This document shows positions 21,429-31,600 of a DNA stretch of 64,000 bases, piece after piece (the first letter of the stretch is position 1; the number at the start of each line of letters is the position of its first letter). The notes below the pieces were generated by a model. The model did not search any database. It was not told where the DNA came from and saw nothing but the letters and a program-made list of their open reading frames with translations. The DNA is from an uncultured Chloroflexia bacterium. Its GTDB lineage: Bacteria > Chloroflexota > Limnocylindria > Limnocylindrales > CSP1-4. The position numbers and the translations under genes are program-made. The stretch is taken from NCBI GenBank assembly GCA_963746845.1, contig CAVVCZ010000001.1, positions 128,001 to 192,000 on the forward strand. The letters are read 5' to 3'.

Positions 21429-22774
21429 GCCGGGCGGCGCAGACCCGGAACCGGGAACGCGGCGGCGATCGCCGCCACGCGTGGCGCGAGCTCGGCCAGA
21501 CCGGAGGCATCGTCGTGGCGGTCGATCGCGTCGGCGATGATCGCCGCGATCTCGCGCATCTCGCGCTCGCCCATCCCGCGTGACGTGACGGCCGGCGTGC
21601 CGACGCGGATCCCGGACGACGTGTTCGGCGGCTGCCGGTCGAACGGGATCTGGTTCTTGTTCACGGTGATCCCGATCTCGTCGAGGAGGTGCTCGGCGTC
21701 CCTGCCCGTCACGCCTCGGGACATCACGTCGACGAGCATCAGGTGGTTGTCGGTGCCGCCCGAGACGACCCGCAGCCCGCGCTCGGCGAGGACGCCCGCG
21801 ATCGTCGCGGCGTTGTCGATCGTGCGCTGCTGGTCGCGCCGGAACTCCTCGCCCAGGGCGAGCTGGAACGCGACGGCCTTGCCGGCGATCACCTGCATCA
21901 GCGGTCCACCCTGGACGCCCGGGAACACCGTGCGGTCGATCGTCGCCGCGAGCGCGGCGGTCCCGGACGGGCCGGCCTTGACGTTCGGGAAGGCCGCGGG
22001 GTCGACCGATGACGGCAGCTCGAACCGGCTGAAGATCATCCCGCCGCGCGGTCCGCGAAGCGTCTTGTGGGTCGTCGTCGTCACGATGTCCGCGTGGGGG
22101 AACGGCGAAGGGTGGACGCCCGCCGCGACGAGGCCGGCGATGTGGGCCATGTCGACGAACAGGAGCGCCCCGACGCCATGGGCGATCGCCGCCATCCGCT
22201 CGAAGTCCCAGATCCGCGGATACGCCGACGCGCCGGCCACGATCACCTTCGGGCGGACCGCGGCGGCCTGGGCCTCGAGCGCGTCGTGGTCGATCCGCTC
22301 GGTGTCCTCGCGGACGCCGTAGGCGTGGACCTCGAAGAACCGGCCGGAGAAGTTCAGCTTCATCCCGTGGGTCAGGTGCCCGCCCTGGTCGAGCTTCATT
22401 CCGAGGATCCGGTCGCCCGGGTCGATGACGCTGAAGTAGGCGGCCATGTTGGCCTGGGCACCTGAGTGGGGCTGGACGTTGACATGCTCGGCGCCGGGGA
22501 AGAGCCGGAGCGCCCGCTCGCGGGCGAGGTTCTCGGCCACGTCGACGAACTCGCAGCCGCCGTAGTAGCGCTTGCCCGGCAGGCCCTCGGCGTACTTGTT
22601 CGTGAGCCAGCTGCCCTGCGCCTCCATCACCGCGGCCGAGGTGTAGTTCTCCGAGGCGATCAGCTCGATCTTGTCGTGCTGGCGACGACGCTCGCCCTCC
22701 ATCGCCGCCCACAGCTCGGGGTCGAGGTCCGCGATCGAGGCGTCAGCGGTCCGCATCCCGTCCGTGATCGCCAT
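21425..22774 (-). CDS. glyA: Serine hydroxymethyltransferase
   Basis: [41 protein letters not shown]; ATG with GGAGGG SD. Confidence 0.97.
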   Translation of the reverse strand: MAITDGMRTADASIADLDPELWAAMEGERRRQHDKIELIASENYTSAAVMEAQGSWLTNKYAEGLPGKRYYGGCEFVDVAENLARERALRLFPGAEHVNVQPHSGAQANMAAYFSVIDPGDRILGMKLDQGGHLTHGMKLNFSGRFFEVHAYGVREDTERIDHDALEAQAAAVRPKVIVAGASAYPRIWDFERMAAIAHGVGALLFVDMAHIAGLVAAGVHPSPFPHADIVTTTTHKTLRGPRGGMIFSRFELPSSVDPAAFPNVKAGPSGTAALAATIDRTVFPGVQGGPLMQVIAGKAVAFQLALGEEFRRDQQRTIDNAATIAGVLAERGLRVVSGGTDNHLMLVDVMSRGVTGRDAEHLLDEIGITVNKNQIPFDRQPPNTSSGIRVGTPAVTSRGMGEREMREIAAIIADAIDRHDDASGLAELAPRVAAIAAAFPVPGLRRPA

Positions 22775-22910
22775 CGCGTCATCCCTCCATCTGGGCGTCG
22801 GGGCCCGGGTCGCCGGACGTCGGACCGGGGCGCGCGCAAGGGCGGCGCAGGTGCCCGCGGTGTCGAGCACATCTTCCCATGCCGCGCTACGAGGCTGCGG
22901 CGGGCGAGCC

Positions 22911-23570
22911 TCAGGACGAGGCGGGGTCCGGCGCGAGCGCGCCGGCCGGCAGACCGAGGACCGCGGCCACCGCCTCGGCCGGGATCGCGCCGGCCCGCAG
23001 GATCCGCGGCGGATCGGCGGTGCAGTCGACGACGGTCGACGGCGGGCCGCCGTGGGCCGGGCCGCCGTCGAGGACGACCGCGACGGCGTGACCCAGCTGC
23101 TCGACGATCGCGGATGCGTCGCCGGCCTCCGGTGCGCCGGAGCGGTTCGCCGAGGTCGTCGGCAGCGGGCCGACCGCGGCGGCCAGGGCGCGCGGCGCTT
23201 CGTGGTCGGGGACACGGAGGCCGATCGTCGCGGCCCCGCCGGTCAGGACCGCGGGAAGCATGACGTCGGTCCGTTGCGGCACGACGAGCGTGAGCCCGCC
23301 GGGCCAGAACGCCTCCGCGAGCGCGGCCGCGGTCGGCGGCCACTCCCCGATCGTGGGCGCCTGGGCCGCGTCGGCGAGGAGCAGCATGATCGCCCGGTCC
23401 GGCGGCCGGTCCTTGGCGGCGAACAACGCCTCGATGCCCCCGGGCGTGTCGAGGGCCACGCCGATGCCGTACACCGTGTCCGTCGGCAGTGCGACGATCC
23501 CGCCGGCCTGCAGCGCCTCGATCGCGACGGCCCGCCCGGCGGCGTCGTCCGCGACGACTCGGGCGGTCAT
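22911..23570 (-). CDS. tsaC: L-threonylcarbamoyladenylate synthase (YrdC/Sua5 domain only)
   Basis: PTDTVYG, K.RP, FWPG.LT, R.P.H, TSAN.SG, PSTVVD, LR.G. Confidence 0.92.
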   Translation of the reverse strand: MTARVVADDAAGRAVAIEALQAGGIVALPTDTVYGIGVALDTPGGIEALFAAKDRPPDRAIMLLLADAAQAPTIGEWPPTAAALAEAFWPGGLTLVVPQRTDVMLPAVLTGGAATIGLRVPDHEAPRALAAAVGPLPTTSANRSGAPEAGDASAIVEQLGHAVAVVLDGGPAHGGPPSTVVDCTADPPRILRAGAIPAEAVAAVLGLPAGALAPDPASS

Positions 23571-24502
23571 GCCGCGGACCCGCGGAGGAGCGCCTCCCGC
23601 CGTTCGGCCGACAGCCGCTCCGCGTTCCGCGCCGCCTCCACCGGATCGGCGAGGACGAGCCGTTCGATCAGGTCCGCGACGCCCGCTCGCTCGACGGGCT
23701 GCGCGAGGTACCGGCCCGCCGCGCGGACCTGGGCGGGGGCACCCGCCATGGCCGCGCCGTGCCCGACAGCGGCGATCATCTCGAGGTCGTTGAACTGGTC
23801 GCCGATCGCGAGGACGTTGGCCAGCGGCACGCGGGCACGTCGCGCCAGATGACGGACTCCGACGGCCTTCGAGACCCCCGGGGCCAGGAACTCGAGGAAG
23901 CGCGGATGGCTGATGGTGACGGCGGCACGGCCGGCGAACCGCCGACGCGCGTCGTCCATGATCGCCTCGGGGATCGGCCCGGCCGAGACGGCCAGGACCT
24001 TCGACACCGGGTGGCGGATCCAGGCGATCAGGTCCGGAACGACATGGTCCCGCTCCCCGAGGAACGACGAGTAGTCCTCCGCTCGCGGGTCGTCGGCCTG
24101 GATCACGAACTGCTCCAGGTCGTTCACGTGGGGCTCGAGCCCGGCATCGCGAGCCCACGCGATGACGTCGCGGGCCGCGTCGACCGCCAGCGGCCGGTGG
24201 CGCAGGATCCGCCCGAGAGCCGGATCGCAATCGGCCGGTGGCAGCTCCCGGATCAGGGCGCCCTGGTACGCGACGATCGGGTCGACGAGCCCGAGCCGGC
24301 GGGCGAACCGGCGGGCGCTGGTCGACATGCGGCCGGTGACCAGCGAGACGTGGACCCCGCGGTCGAGTGCGCCACACACGGCGGCGGCGGTCCGCGCCGG
24401 GATCAGCTGGTCGTCGCCGACGAGGGTCCCGTCGATGTCGAGCGCGACGAGCCGGATCGGGAAGGCGGCCCCGGGCCGGCCGGGACTGGGGATGTCAGCC
24501 AC
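23567..24502 (-). CDS. Cof-type HAD-IIB hydrolase
   Basis: DIDGTL, TGR, VSK, GD..ND.EM motifs. Confidence 0.9.
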   Translation of the reverse strand: MADIPSPGRPGAAFPIRLVALDIDGTLVGDDQLIPARTAAAVCGALDRGVHVSLVTGRMSTSARRFARRLGLVDPIVAYQGALIRELPPADCDPALGRILRHRPLAVDAARDVIAWARDAGLEPHVNDLEQFVIQADDPRAEDYSSFLGERDHVVPDLIAWIRHPVSKVLAVSAGPIPEAIMDDARRRFAGRAAVTISHPRFLEFLAPGVSKAVGVRHLARRARVPLANVLAIGDQFNDLEMIAAVGHGAAMAGAPAQVRAAGRYLAQPVERAGVADLIERLVLADPVEAARNAERLSAERREALLRGSAA

Positions 24503-25424
24503 GGATCACCCGCAGGACGCGGGGCAGGCCCGCGAGGTCCGGCTCGACCGTCGCGTGCCACCCCGGGAGCACCTCGGCCACCGCCGCGGGCGCCGTCTCT
24601 CCCTGGTCCGCCCCGATCTCGAGCAGGGCCACGCCGTCGTCGGCGAGCGCGCTCGCCAACCGGCCGAGCAACGCCCGGATCACGTCGAGCCCGTCGGGGC
24701 CGCCGTCCAGCGCGTCCCGTGGCTCGTACGAGGCGGCGATCGGCAGCCCGGCGATCGCGTCCGTCCGGACGTACGGCAGGTTCGCGACGACGACATCGAA
24801 CGGCGCGCCGTCGTCCGGCAGGACCACCGGCAGCAGGTCCGCTCCGGCGAACCGCATCCCATCGGCCGCGGCATGGCCGACGGCGTTCTCGCGGGCAAGA
24901 TCGAGCGCCTCCGCCGACCGATCGGTCGCGAGGATCGTCACGTTGCGGCCCATCGTCACGCGCCGGCCCCGCAGGCCGACCGCGAGCGCCACGGCGATCG
25001 CGCCGCCCCCAGTCCCCACGTCGGCGACCCGGACCGGATCGCCGCCCCGTCCCGGACCCGCCCCTGCCTCGCCCGGCCGCTCTGCCAGGCGGCGCATCAC
25101 CTCGGCGATCGCCAGGTCGACGAGCGTCTCCGTCTCCGGCCGCGGGATGAGCGCCCGGGAATCGACCGAGAACGCCAGCCCGTGGAACTCCTTCAGGCCG
25201 CGGATGTACGCGACCGGCTCGCCCGCGGCCCGCCGGTCCACGGCGGTCTCGAATCGGGCGGCCGCATCGATCCCGATCGGTGCCTCCGGGTAGGCCAGGA
25301 TCGTGGTCCGGTCGACGCCGACCGCCCAGCCGAGGAGCACCTCGGCGTCGAGCCGGGCGCTCTCCGAGCCGGCGGCACGCAGCCGCTCGGTCGCGCCGGT
25401 GAGGCTCTCCCCGATCGTGGCCAT
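24495..25424 (-). CDS. prmC: Release factor glutamine methyltransferase
   Basis: RR..GEP.AYI.G..EF, LIPRPETE, DVGTG.G.IA, NLPY, EP..AL.GG.DG. Confidence 0.95.
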   Translation of the reverse strand: MATIGESLTGATERLRAAGSESARLDAEVLLGWAVGVDRTTILAYPEAPIGIDAAARFETAVDRRAAGEPVAYIRGLKEFHGLAFSVDSRALIPRPETETLVDLAIAEVMRRLAERPGEAGAGPGRGGDPVRVADVGTGGGAIAVALAVGLRGRRVTMGRNVTILATDRSAEALDLARENAVGHAAADGMRFAGADLLPVVLPDDGAPFDVVVANLPYVRTDAIAGLPIAASYEPRDALDGGPDGLDVIRALLGRLASALADDGVALLEIGADQGETAPAAVAEVLPGWHATVEPDLAGLPRVLRVIRG

Positions 25425-25474
25425 CCCTCTCCTCTCGCGCGTCGCCGCCGGCGCGGGCGCTGCCGGCGCCCTCC

Positions 25475-27835
25475 CTACAGGCGGATCGTCACCGACAGGT
25501 CGCCCACCTTGCGGAGGACCTCCGCGCTCGTCGTGCCCCGCCAGCGATGGAACAGCAGGTCGACCGACGCGTCGCCGACCCGCAGGTTCGTCAGGGTCAC
25601 CTTGCCGAGCCAGTCCGGGAGGTTCGGGTGGTGCAGCTCCAGCTCGTGCTGACCCGCGTTCGCACGGAGGCCCAGCATCGTCTCGACGAACAGGAACGAC
25701 GCGCCGGCGGCCCACGCCTGGGGCGAGCACGCGACCGGGTACGGCACGGGCAGCGCCGAGTGATCGCGGTCGAACCCGCAGAAGAGCTCCGGCAGCCGGA
25801 AGTCCGGGAAATGCTGGGCCGCCTGGAACACGTGCCCGACGAGCCGATTCGACTCCTCGTCGAAGCCGTAGCGCTTCAGCCCGGCCGCGATCAGCGACGT
25901 GTCGTGCGGCCAGACCGAGCCCGTGTGGTAGCCGATCGGGTTGTAGCCGGGCTGGTCGCCGGCGTAGGTCCGGATCCCCCAGCCGGAGAACATCGTCGGG
26001 CTCATCAGCCGGTCGGCGACCTCGCGGGCGCGGGCGGGCGTCGCGATCCCGGACCACAGACACTGCCCGGCATTCGAGCCGATCGCGTCGAGGTGGCGCT
26101 TGGCGCCGTCGAGGGCCATCGCGTAGTAGCGCTGGTCGTCGACCCAGAACGCGTCCTCGAACCGGCCGCGAAGCTGCTCCGCCTCGGTCCGCAGACGGCT
26201 CGCCAGCTCCTGGTCACCGCGGAGCGCCGCGAGGTCCGCGATCCGCCGCTTCGCGTCGAACACGTAGCCCTGGACCTCGGCGAGCGCGATCGGCGTCGTC
26301 GGGAAGCCGCCGGCGCGGTCGCGGATCGCGTCGCCCGAGTCCTTCCAGCCCTGGTTGACGAGACCCCGGGGCGACCGCCGCTCGTACTCCACGAACCCGT
26401 CGCCGTCGCGGTCGCCGTACTTGTCGATCCACTCGAGCGCCCGGAGCGCGTTCGGCCAGAGCTTGTCGACGAAGTCCCGGTCGCCGGTCCAGTCGAACGT
26501 CGCCGCGAGCAGGATCAGCCAGAGCGGCGTCGAATCGATCGAGCCGTAGTAGGGCGTGTGGGGCAGCTCGCCGGCGCCTGCCATCTCGCCGGTCCGCAGC
26601 TCGTGGAGGATCTTGCCGGGCTCGGCGTCGCGCCAGTCGTCGACCGCAGTCGCCTGGTACGCGGCGAGCACCTCGAGCGTCTCCATCGCGATCTGCGGCC
26701 GGAATGCGAGCGACTGGAACGACGCGATGATGGCGTCCCGGCCGAACAGCGTCGCGAACCACGGCACGCCGGCCGCGACATAGCGCTGGCCCTCGCCGGG
26801 GCCGTCGTTGATCAGCAGGCGGAGATCGGCGAGCGAGCGGTTCAAGGTCAGGTTGAACAGCTCGTGGTCGGTCTGGATGGCCGTCGTCCCGCGGCCCCAG
26901 GCATGGTACGCACCGGCACCGTCGTCGCCGCTGACGCGGGGCGTCTCGGGGAAGAGGGTCGCGGTGTCGTCGCCGGAGGCCCCGATCCCGGCCGCGCCGC
27001 CGCGGGTCGGCGGCGTCGGCGCGATCGACGGCCAGATCGTCCACTGGAGCTCGTGCCGCTCGCCCGGCGCGAGGCGGAGGTCCCACCGGAACCGGACGGA
27101 CCCGCCGCTCTGGACCTGGTCGTCGGACTTCGCGTCGATCGGGCCGAACCACGAGGCCGCCTCGGAGAAGGCGATGTGGGTCGATCGCCGGCGATCGTCG
27201 AGGCCGTCGTACCGGAAGGTGGCCCGGGTCGAGGTCAGCGCCACCGGCAGGAGCGTGCCACGCTTCGGCCGGGGATAGCCGCGGACCTCGAAGATGTCGG
27301 CGTCGTCCGCACCGAGCTCCAGCTCCACCGGGACCAGGAGCTCCGTGCCCGCGTGGTTGACGATCCGGAGCCGCTCCTCCATCGCCCCGACACCGATCAG
27401 CCGGTCGCGGGCGATGCCCATCGTCCGCCCGACGACCGTCTGGTCGTTCTCGTGCATCTTCGTGTCCGGGTTGCGGTCGGCGCTCGGGTTCGTCAGCTGG
27501 ATCGACCCGCGGTAGTTGGCGCCCATCGAGCCCTGGAGCAGGACGGGCCGGGTGCCACCGACCCTGAGCGCGCAGCACGACAGCAGCCGGGTGTCCGAGA
27601 GGTACAGCCCGAGCCCGCGCGAATCCGGGTGGATGTCGCCGAACGGGTCCGTCAGCAGGTACAGGTTGCCGTGCTTCAGGACCTGGACGCTGCCGAGGTC
27701 GGTCGCCTTCTCGATCGGGACGGCCCGGGCCTCGATGAAGGTCGTCCCGCCGTCGGCAGGCGGCCCGGCCGGCGGCGCCTTCGTGACCGCCGGGGCCGCA
27801 GCCGCGGCGGCGTCAGCTCGGCGTGCCATCGCCAT
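25475..27835 (-). CDS. Amylo-alpha-1,6-glucosidase / glycogen debranching-like enzyme
   Basis: GL...DTR.LS, AG.PWF.TLFGRD, EPGKILHE.R, YYG..D.TPL, NQGWKDS.D, YNP..YH.GSVWPHD, PQAWAA; start may be 27829. Confidence 0.9.
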   Translation of the reverse strand: MAMARRADAAAAAAPAVTKAPPAGPPADGGTTFIEARAVPIEKATDLGSVQVLKHGNLYLLTDPFGDIHPDSRGLGLYLSDTRLLSCCALRVGGTRPVLLQGSMGANYRGSIQLTNPSADRNPDTKMHENDQTVVGRTMGIARDRLIGVGAMEERLRIVNHAGTELLVPVELELGADDADIFEVRGYPRPKRGTLLPVALTSTRATFRYDGLDDRRRSTHIAFSEAASWFGPIDAKSDDQVQSGGSVRFRWDLRLAPGERHELQWTIWPSIAPTPPTRGGAAGIGASGDDTATLFPETPRVSGDDGAGAYHAWGRGTTAIQTDHELFNLTLNRSLADLRLLINDGPGEGQRYVAAGVPWFATLFGRDAIIASFQSLAFRPQIAMETLEVLAAYQATAVDDWRDAEPGKILHELRTGEMAGAGELPHTPYYGSIDSTPLWLILLAATFDWTGDRDFVDKLWPNALRALEWIDKYGDRDGDGFVEYERRSPRGLVNQGWKDSGDAIRDRAGGFPTTPIALAEVQGYVFDAKRRIADLAALRGDQELASRLRTEAEQLRGRFEDAFWVDDQRYYAMALDGAKRHLDAIGSNAGQCLWSGIATPARAREVADRLMSPTMFSGWGIRTYAGDQPGYNPIGYHTGSVWPHDTSLIAAGLKRYGFDEESNRLVGHVFQAAQHFPDFRLPELFCGFDRDHSALPVPYPVACSPQAWAAGASFLFVETMLGLRANAGQHELELHHPNLPDWLGKVTLTNLRVGDASVDLLFHRWRGTTSAEVLRKVGDLSVTIRL

Positions 27836-28949
27836 CCCCCGCGCCGCTGCCGTTCAGGCTCGCGAGCCGGTCGGCCTGATCGGCCATCACCAGGGCGTCG
27901 ATCAGCCGGTCGATGTCGCCGTCCAGGACGCGTGGCAACGCCGAGAGGTCGAGGTGGATCCGGTGATCCGTGACCCGGTCCTGCGGGAAGTTGTACGTCC
28001 GGATCTTGTCGGACCGATCGCCCGCGCCGACCATGAGCCGCCGGGCCGCCGAGCCCTCCTCGCGCTGCTTCTGGAGCTCACGCTCGTACAGGCGCGAACG
28101 AAGGACCGACAGAGCCTTCGCCTTGTTCTTGTGCTGGCTCTTCTCGTCCTGGATCTCGACGACGAGGCCGGTCGGCAGGTGGGTAATCCGGACGGCCGAG
28201 TCCGTCGTGTTCACGGACTGGCCGCCGGGTCCCGACGACCGCTTGACCTCGATCCGGAGGTCCTTGTCCTCGTCGATGTCGATCGCGACGTCGTCCGCCT
28301 CGGGCATCACGACGACCGTCGCGGTGGAGGTGTGGATTCGCCCGGACGATTCCGTGGCCGGGATCCGCTGGACGCGGTGGACGCCGCTCTCGAACTTCAA
28401 TCGGCTGTACGCCCCGTCGCCGTGCACCTGGACGATGGCCTCCTTGACCCCGCCGATCCCGGTCTCGTTCATGCTGAGGAGCTCCGGGGTGAACCGGTGC
28501 CGCTCGGCGTAGCGGACGTACATCCGGTACAGCTCGGACGCGAACAGCGCCGCCTCCTCCCCGCCGGTCCCGGCCCGGATCTCGAGGATCACGTCCCGGT
28601 CGTCGTTCGGGTCGCGCGGGAGCAGCAGGACCTTGAGCTCCTCGAGGAGTCGCTCCTCCTCGGCGGTCAGCCGGTCGAACTCCTCCGACGCCATCGCATG
28701 GAGGTCCGCGTCACTGTCCCCCGCATCGCGCATCTCGCGAACGCCGGCGAGCTCCGACCTCGTGGCCTCCAGGGAGCGGAACGCCTCCACGACCGGCTCG
28801 AGCCGGGCCATCTCCTGACCGAGCCGCCGGATCGCATCCGGATCGCTCGTGACTTCCGGGGTGGCGAGCTGCGCCTGCACCGCGTCGTACTGCGCGGCCA
28901 CCTCCTTCAGGCGGGCGTCCAGACCGGTCCGGTCGCCGTCCCCGCTCAT
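27813..28949 (-). CDS. prfA: Peptide chain release factor 1
   Basis: EIRAGTGG.EA, PAT specificity motif, GPGGQ, RTYNFPQ.RVTDHRI; ATG overlaps upstream TGA. Confidence 0.97.
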   Translation of the reverse strand: MSGDGDRTGLDARLKEVAAQYDAVQAQLATPEVTSDPDAIRRLGQEMARLEPVVEAFRSLEATRSELAGVREMRDAGDSDADLHAMASEEFDRLTAEEERLLEELKVLLLPRDPNDDRDVILEIRAGTGGEEAALFASELYRMYVRYAERHRFTPELLSMNETGIGGVKEAIVQVHGDGAYSRLKFESGVHRVQRIPATESSGRIHTSTATVVVMPEADDVAIDIDEDKDLRIEVKRSSGPGGQSVNTTDSAVRITHLPTGLVVEIQDEKSQHKNKAKALSVLRSRLYERELQKQREEGSAARRLMVGAGDRSDKIRTYNFPQDRVTDHRIHLDLSALPRVLDGDIDRLIDALVMADQADRLASLNGSGAGDGDGTPS

Positions 28950-29983
28950 GCTCCCGGGACGGGCGGGTCGATCGTCACCGCGGCGGCCGCGGTCGCCTCG
29001 GTGGCTCCTCCGTCCGACGCCCCGACCGGGATCGCCTCGCGATGACCCGGCAGGACCATCCGGTCCCGCTCGAGGGTCCCGCTCCCCGTCGGCAGGGGTT
29101 CGCCGTCCGCCTCGAGGGCCTGCTCCATCGAGACGATCGCGACCTCGATCATGTCCGCCGTCGGCTGCTTCGTCGTGATCTTCTGGACGAGGATCCCGGG
29201 GTACATGATCGCCCGCACGATCGCGTTGCCGCGGTGCTTCGCGCCCCATTTCAGGATCTCGTAGCCGACCGCCGCGATGACCGGGATCAGGAGGATCCGG
29301 CTCGCGATCATCACGAGCGGCTCCTGCCGCCCGACGAGGCTGAACGCGATGATCGACAGGGCGATGACGACGACGAGGAACTCCGTGCCGCAGCGCGGAT
29401 GGGCGGTCGGGTACTTCCGGACGTTGTCGACGACGAGCGGGTCGCCGTGCTCGAGCGCGTGGATCGTCATGTGCTCGGCGCCGTGGTACTGGAACACGCG
29501 CTTGACGTCGTCGGCCCGGGAGATCAGCAGCAGGTAGCCGATGAAGATCGCCACCCGGATGAAGCCCTCGACCAGGTGCTGGACGACCCCGTTCTGGATG
29601 TTCGACGTCGTGGCGCTCGCGATGAACAGCGGCAGCAGGAAGAAGATGCCGACCCCGAAGAGGAGCGTGATCCCGAGCATGAGCGCGATCGCGCTCTTGC
29701 CGAGCTCGACGCCCTCGTCGCCGTCCTCGCCGGTGCCGGCCGCCTGGATCGAGGCGCTCCGGACGAGCCAGCGCGTCCCGACGAAGAGCGTCTCGTACAG
29801 GACGACGAGGCCGCGCAGGAACGGCATCCTGGACCAGCGGCTGCCGTGGAAGCCGCTGTCGAGCGGCTCGGTGGCGTAGACGATCCGGCCGTCGGGGTGA
29901 CGGACGGCGACGGCGATCGCGTCGCGGCCGCGCATCAGGACGCCTTCGATCAGCGCCTGGCCGCCGTACGAGTAGCGAGGCAT
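28946..29983 (-). CDS. DUF1385 (YqhQ-like) membrane protein
   Basis: YGGQA.IEGV.M, P.LRG...L, F.YHGAEH, HPRCGT.F, LQ..TT..P. Confidence 0.92.
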   Translation of the reverse strand: MPRYSYGGQALIEGVLMRGRDAIAVAVRHPDGRIVYATEPLDSGFHGSRWSRMPFLRGLVVLYETLFVGTRWLVRSASIQAAGTGEDGDEGVELGKSAIALMLGITLLFGVGIFFLLPLFIASATTSNIQNGVVQHLVEGFIRVAIFIGYLLLISRADDVKRVFQYHGAEHMTIHALEHGDPLVVDNVRKYPTAHPRCGTEFLVVVIALSIIAFSLVGRQEPLVMIASRILLIPVIAAVGYEILKWGAKHRGNAIVRAIMYPGILVQKITTKQPTADMIEVAIVSMEQALEADGEPLPTGSGTLERDRMVLPGHREAIPVGASDGGATEATAAAAVTIDPPVPGA

Positions 29984-29992
29984 GGGGGAAGT

Positions 29993-30776
29993 CTAGCCGC
30001 CCGGGGCGATCCGTCCGCCTCGCTCGATCGTCCCATCGGCCGCGGCGATCCGTCGCCGGGCCGCCTCGACGTAGGCCGGCTCGAGCTCGATCCCGATGAA
30101 CTGCCGGCCGAGCTCCAAGGGCAGCGACGCCGGTCGAGCCGACGCCCATGAACGGGTCCAGCACCACGTCGCCGGGGTTGGAGCCCCATTCGACGAGCTG
30201 GCGCAGCACCCGGAGCGGCTTCTGGGTCGGGTGGACCGGGTCCTTCACCCGCTCGCGACCCGCGCAGATCGGGGCCTCGATGAAGTTGTGCATGTCCCGC
30301 TGTCGCCCGAAGTTCCAGGTGTGGCCCTTGTCCCAGCACGCGACGATCAGCTCGCACGAGTTCAGGAACCCGGCCCGACGGAGCTTGGGCGGCGGGTTCG
30401 TCTTGTGCCAGACGACGAACTGGAACGTGTCGAAGGCCGGGTCGAAGACCTCGTGCCAGCGGCCCAGCAGGTTGTAGCTCGTGAAGGCGAACAGCGTGCC
30501 TGTGGGCTTGAGGACGCGTCGGAACTCCGCGAGCCAGTCGGCGGGCTCGAACGGGAGCTGGTCCCACGCTGCGACGTCGTTGTTGAAGTCCTTGCGCCAC
30601 GACATCGCGATGTTGCCCGTGGAGTAGGCGCCGAGGTTGTACGGCGGGTCAGTGCAGATCAGGTCGACACTGTTGTCCGGGATGCGCGCGAGGAGCTCGC
30701 GGCTGTCGCCCCGCCACAGGGCTGCGACGTCGTCGACCGACTGGTCAGTCGCCGCCGGATCCGCCGCCTCGAGCAC
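29993..30776 (-). pseudogene. Beta-class amino DNA methyltransferase (CcrM/M.HinfI-like), interrupted by a 1-nt frameshift near 30117 (mutation or sequencing error)
   Basis: DPPY, W.K.NP.P, PIC.G.ER, HPTQKP, LDPFMG.GSTG in one frame; ELGRQFIGIELEPAY..A..RI continues in the next frame to TAG at 29993; length is 261 codons + 1 nt. Confidence 0.85.
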
Positions 30777-30832
30777 CCGCGAATCGTAGCGGTCGCGGAC
30801 GGCGGGGGCGCGCGCTCGGCGCCTCGAATCGA

Positions 30833-30859
30833 GAACGGCGGGTCGTGGACCCGCCGTTC
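30833..30859 (-). terminator. Stem-loop downstream of rpmE
   Basis: GAACGGCGGGTC-GTG-GACCCGCCGTTC perfect 12-bp stem; weak U-tract. Confidence 0.55.
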
Positions 30860-30885
30860 GGCGTCTGATCCGGGATTGGGACGGG

Positions 30886-31098
30886 TCAGGCCCGGGCCTG
30901 GCGCTCGAGTCGCTTCTGGAACCGCTCGACCTGGCCGGCGGTGTCGATGATCGTCTGTTTGCCCGTGAAGAACGGGTGGCAGTTCGAGCAGACGTCGACG
31001 CGCAGCTCGGGACGGGTGGATCCAACGACCCACTCGGTGCCGCACGAGCCGCAGTGGACCTTGGCCTCGTAGTACTTGGGATGGATGTCGGGCTTCAC
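30886..31098 (-). CDS. rpmE: 50S ribosomal protein L31 (Zn-binding form)
   Basis: MKPDIHP.Y, C..C, DVCS.CHPFFTGKQ, GQVERF. Confidence 0.97.
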   Translation of the reverse strand: MKPDIHPKYYEAKVHCGSCGTEWVVGSTRPELRVDVCSNCHPFFTGKQTIIDTAGQVERFQKRLERQARA

Positions 31099-31175
31099 GG
31101 TTCCGTTCTCTCCTCCGACGCCTTCCGTTCCGGGACGAACGCCCGGCCGGTGGTCGACGGCTTGCGCTGCTGGCT

Positions 31176-31595
31176 TCAGGCCTCGGCAGCCGCGGGGGTG
31201 CTGGTGGCGGCCTTCGCGGCGGTCTTCGTCGCGGCAGCCTTGCTTGCGGTCTGTGCGGTCTTCGGGGCCGGCGCGGCCTTGGTGGCCCTGGCGGTCGGCG
31301 CGGCCTTCGCGCGGGCCGCGGGCGCCGCCTTCGGCGCGGTCTCGAGGGCCTCGACGCGGATCCGCTTCTTGTTCTTCGTCGCGTGCTCGAACCGGACCTT
31401 GCCGGTCGTCGTCGCGAACACCGTGTAGTCGCGGCCGAGCCCGGTGCCGGTGCCGGCCAGGAACGTCATCCCGCGCTGGCGGACGATGATCGAGCCGGCC
31501 GGGACGATCTGGCCGTCACCGACCTTGACGCCAAGGCGCTGGCCGACCGAGTCCCGGCCGTTCTTCGAGCTGGAGCCAGCCTTCTTGTGGGCCAT
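31176..31595 (-). CDS. rpmA: 50S ribosomal protein L27 with Ala/Lys-rich C-terminal extension
   Basis: [16 protein letters not shown]...[14 protein letters not shown]. Confidence 0.96.
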   Translation of the reverse strand: MAHKKAGSSSKNGRDSVGQRLGVKVGDGQIVPAGSIIVRQRGMTFLAGTGTGLGRDYTVFATTTGKVRFEHATKNKKRIRVEALETAPKAAPAARAKAAPTARATKAAPAPKTAQTASKAAATKTAAKAATSTPAAAEA

Positions 31596-31600
31596 CGGGT

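Noticed and set aside
22790-22910. Riboswitch (ZMP/ZTP or glycine) upstream of glyA
   Set aside because: Conserved cores of these aptamers not found by eye
27813-31025. 1070-aa methyltransferase-RF1 fusion ORF
   Set aside because: Result of the 1-nt frameshift near 30117; the middle is an out-of-frame reading of DUF1385 and prfA has its own coupled ATG at 28949
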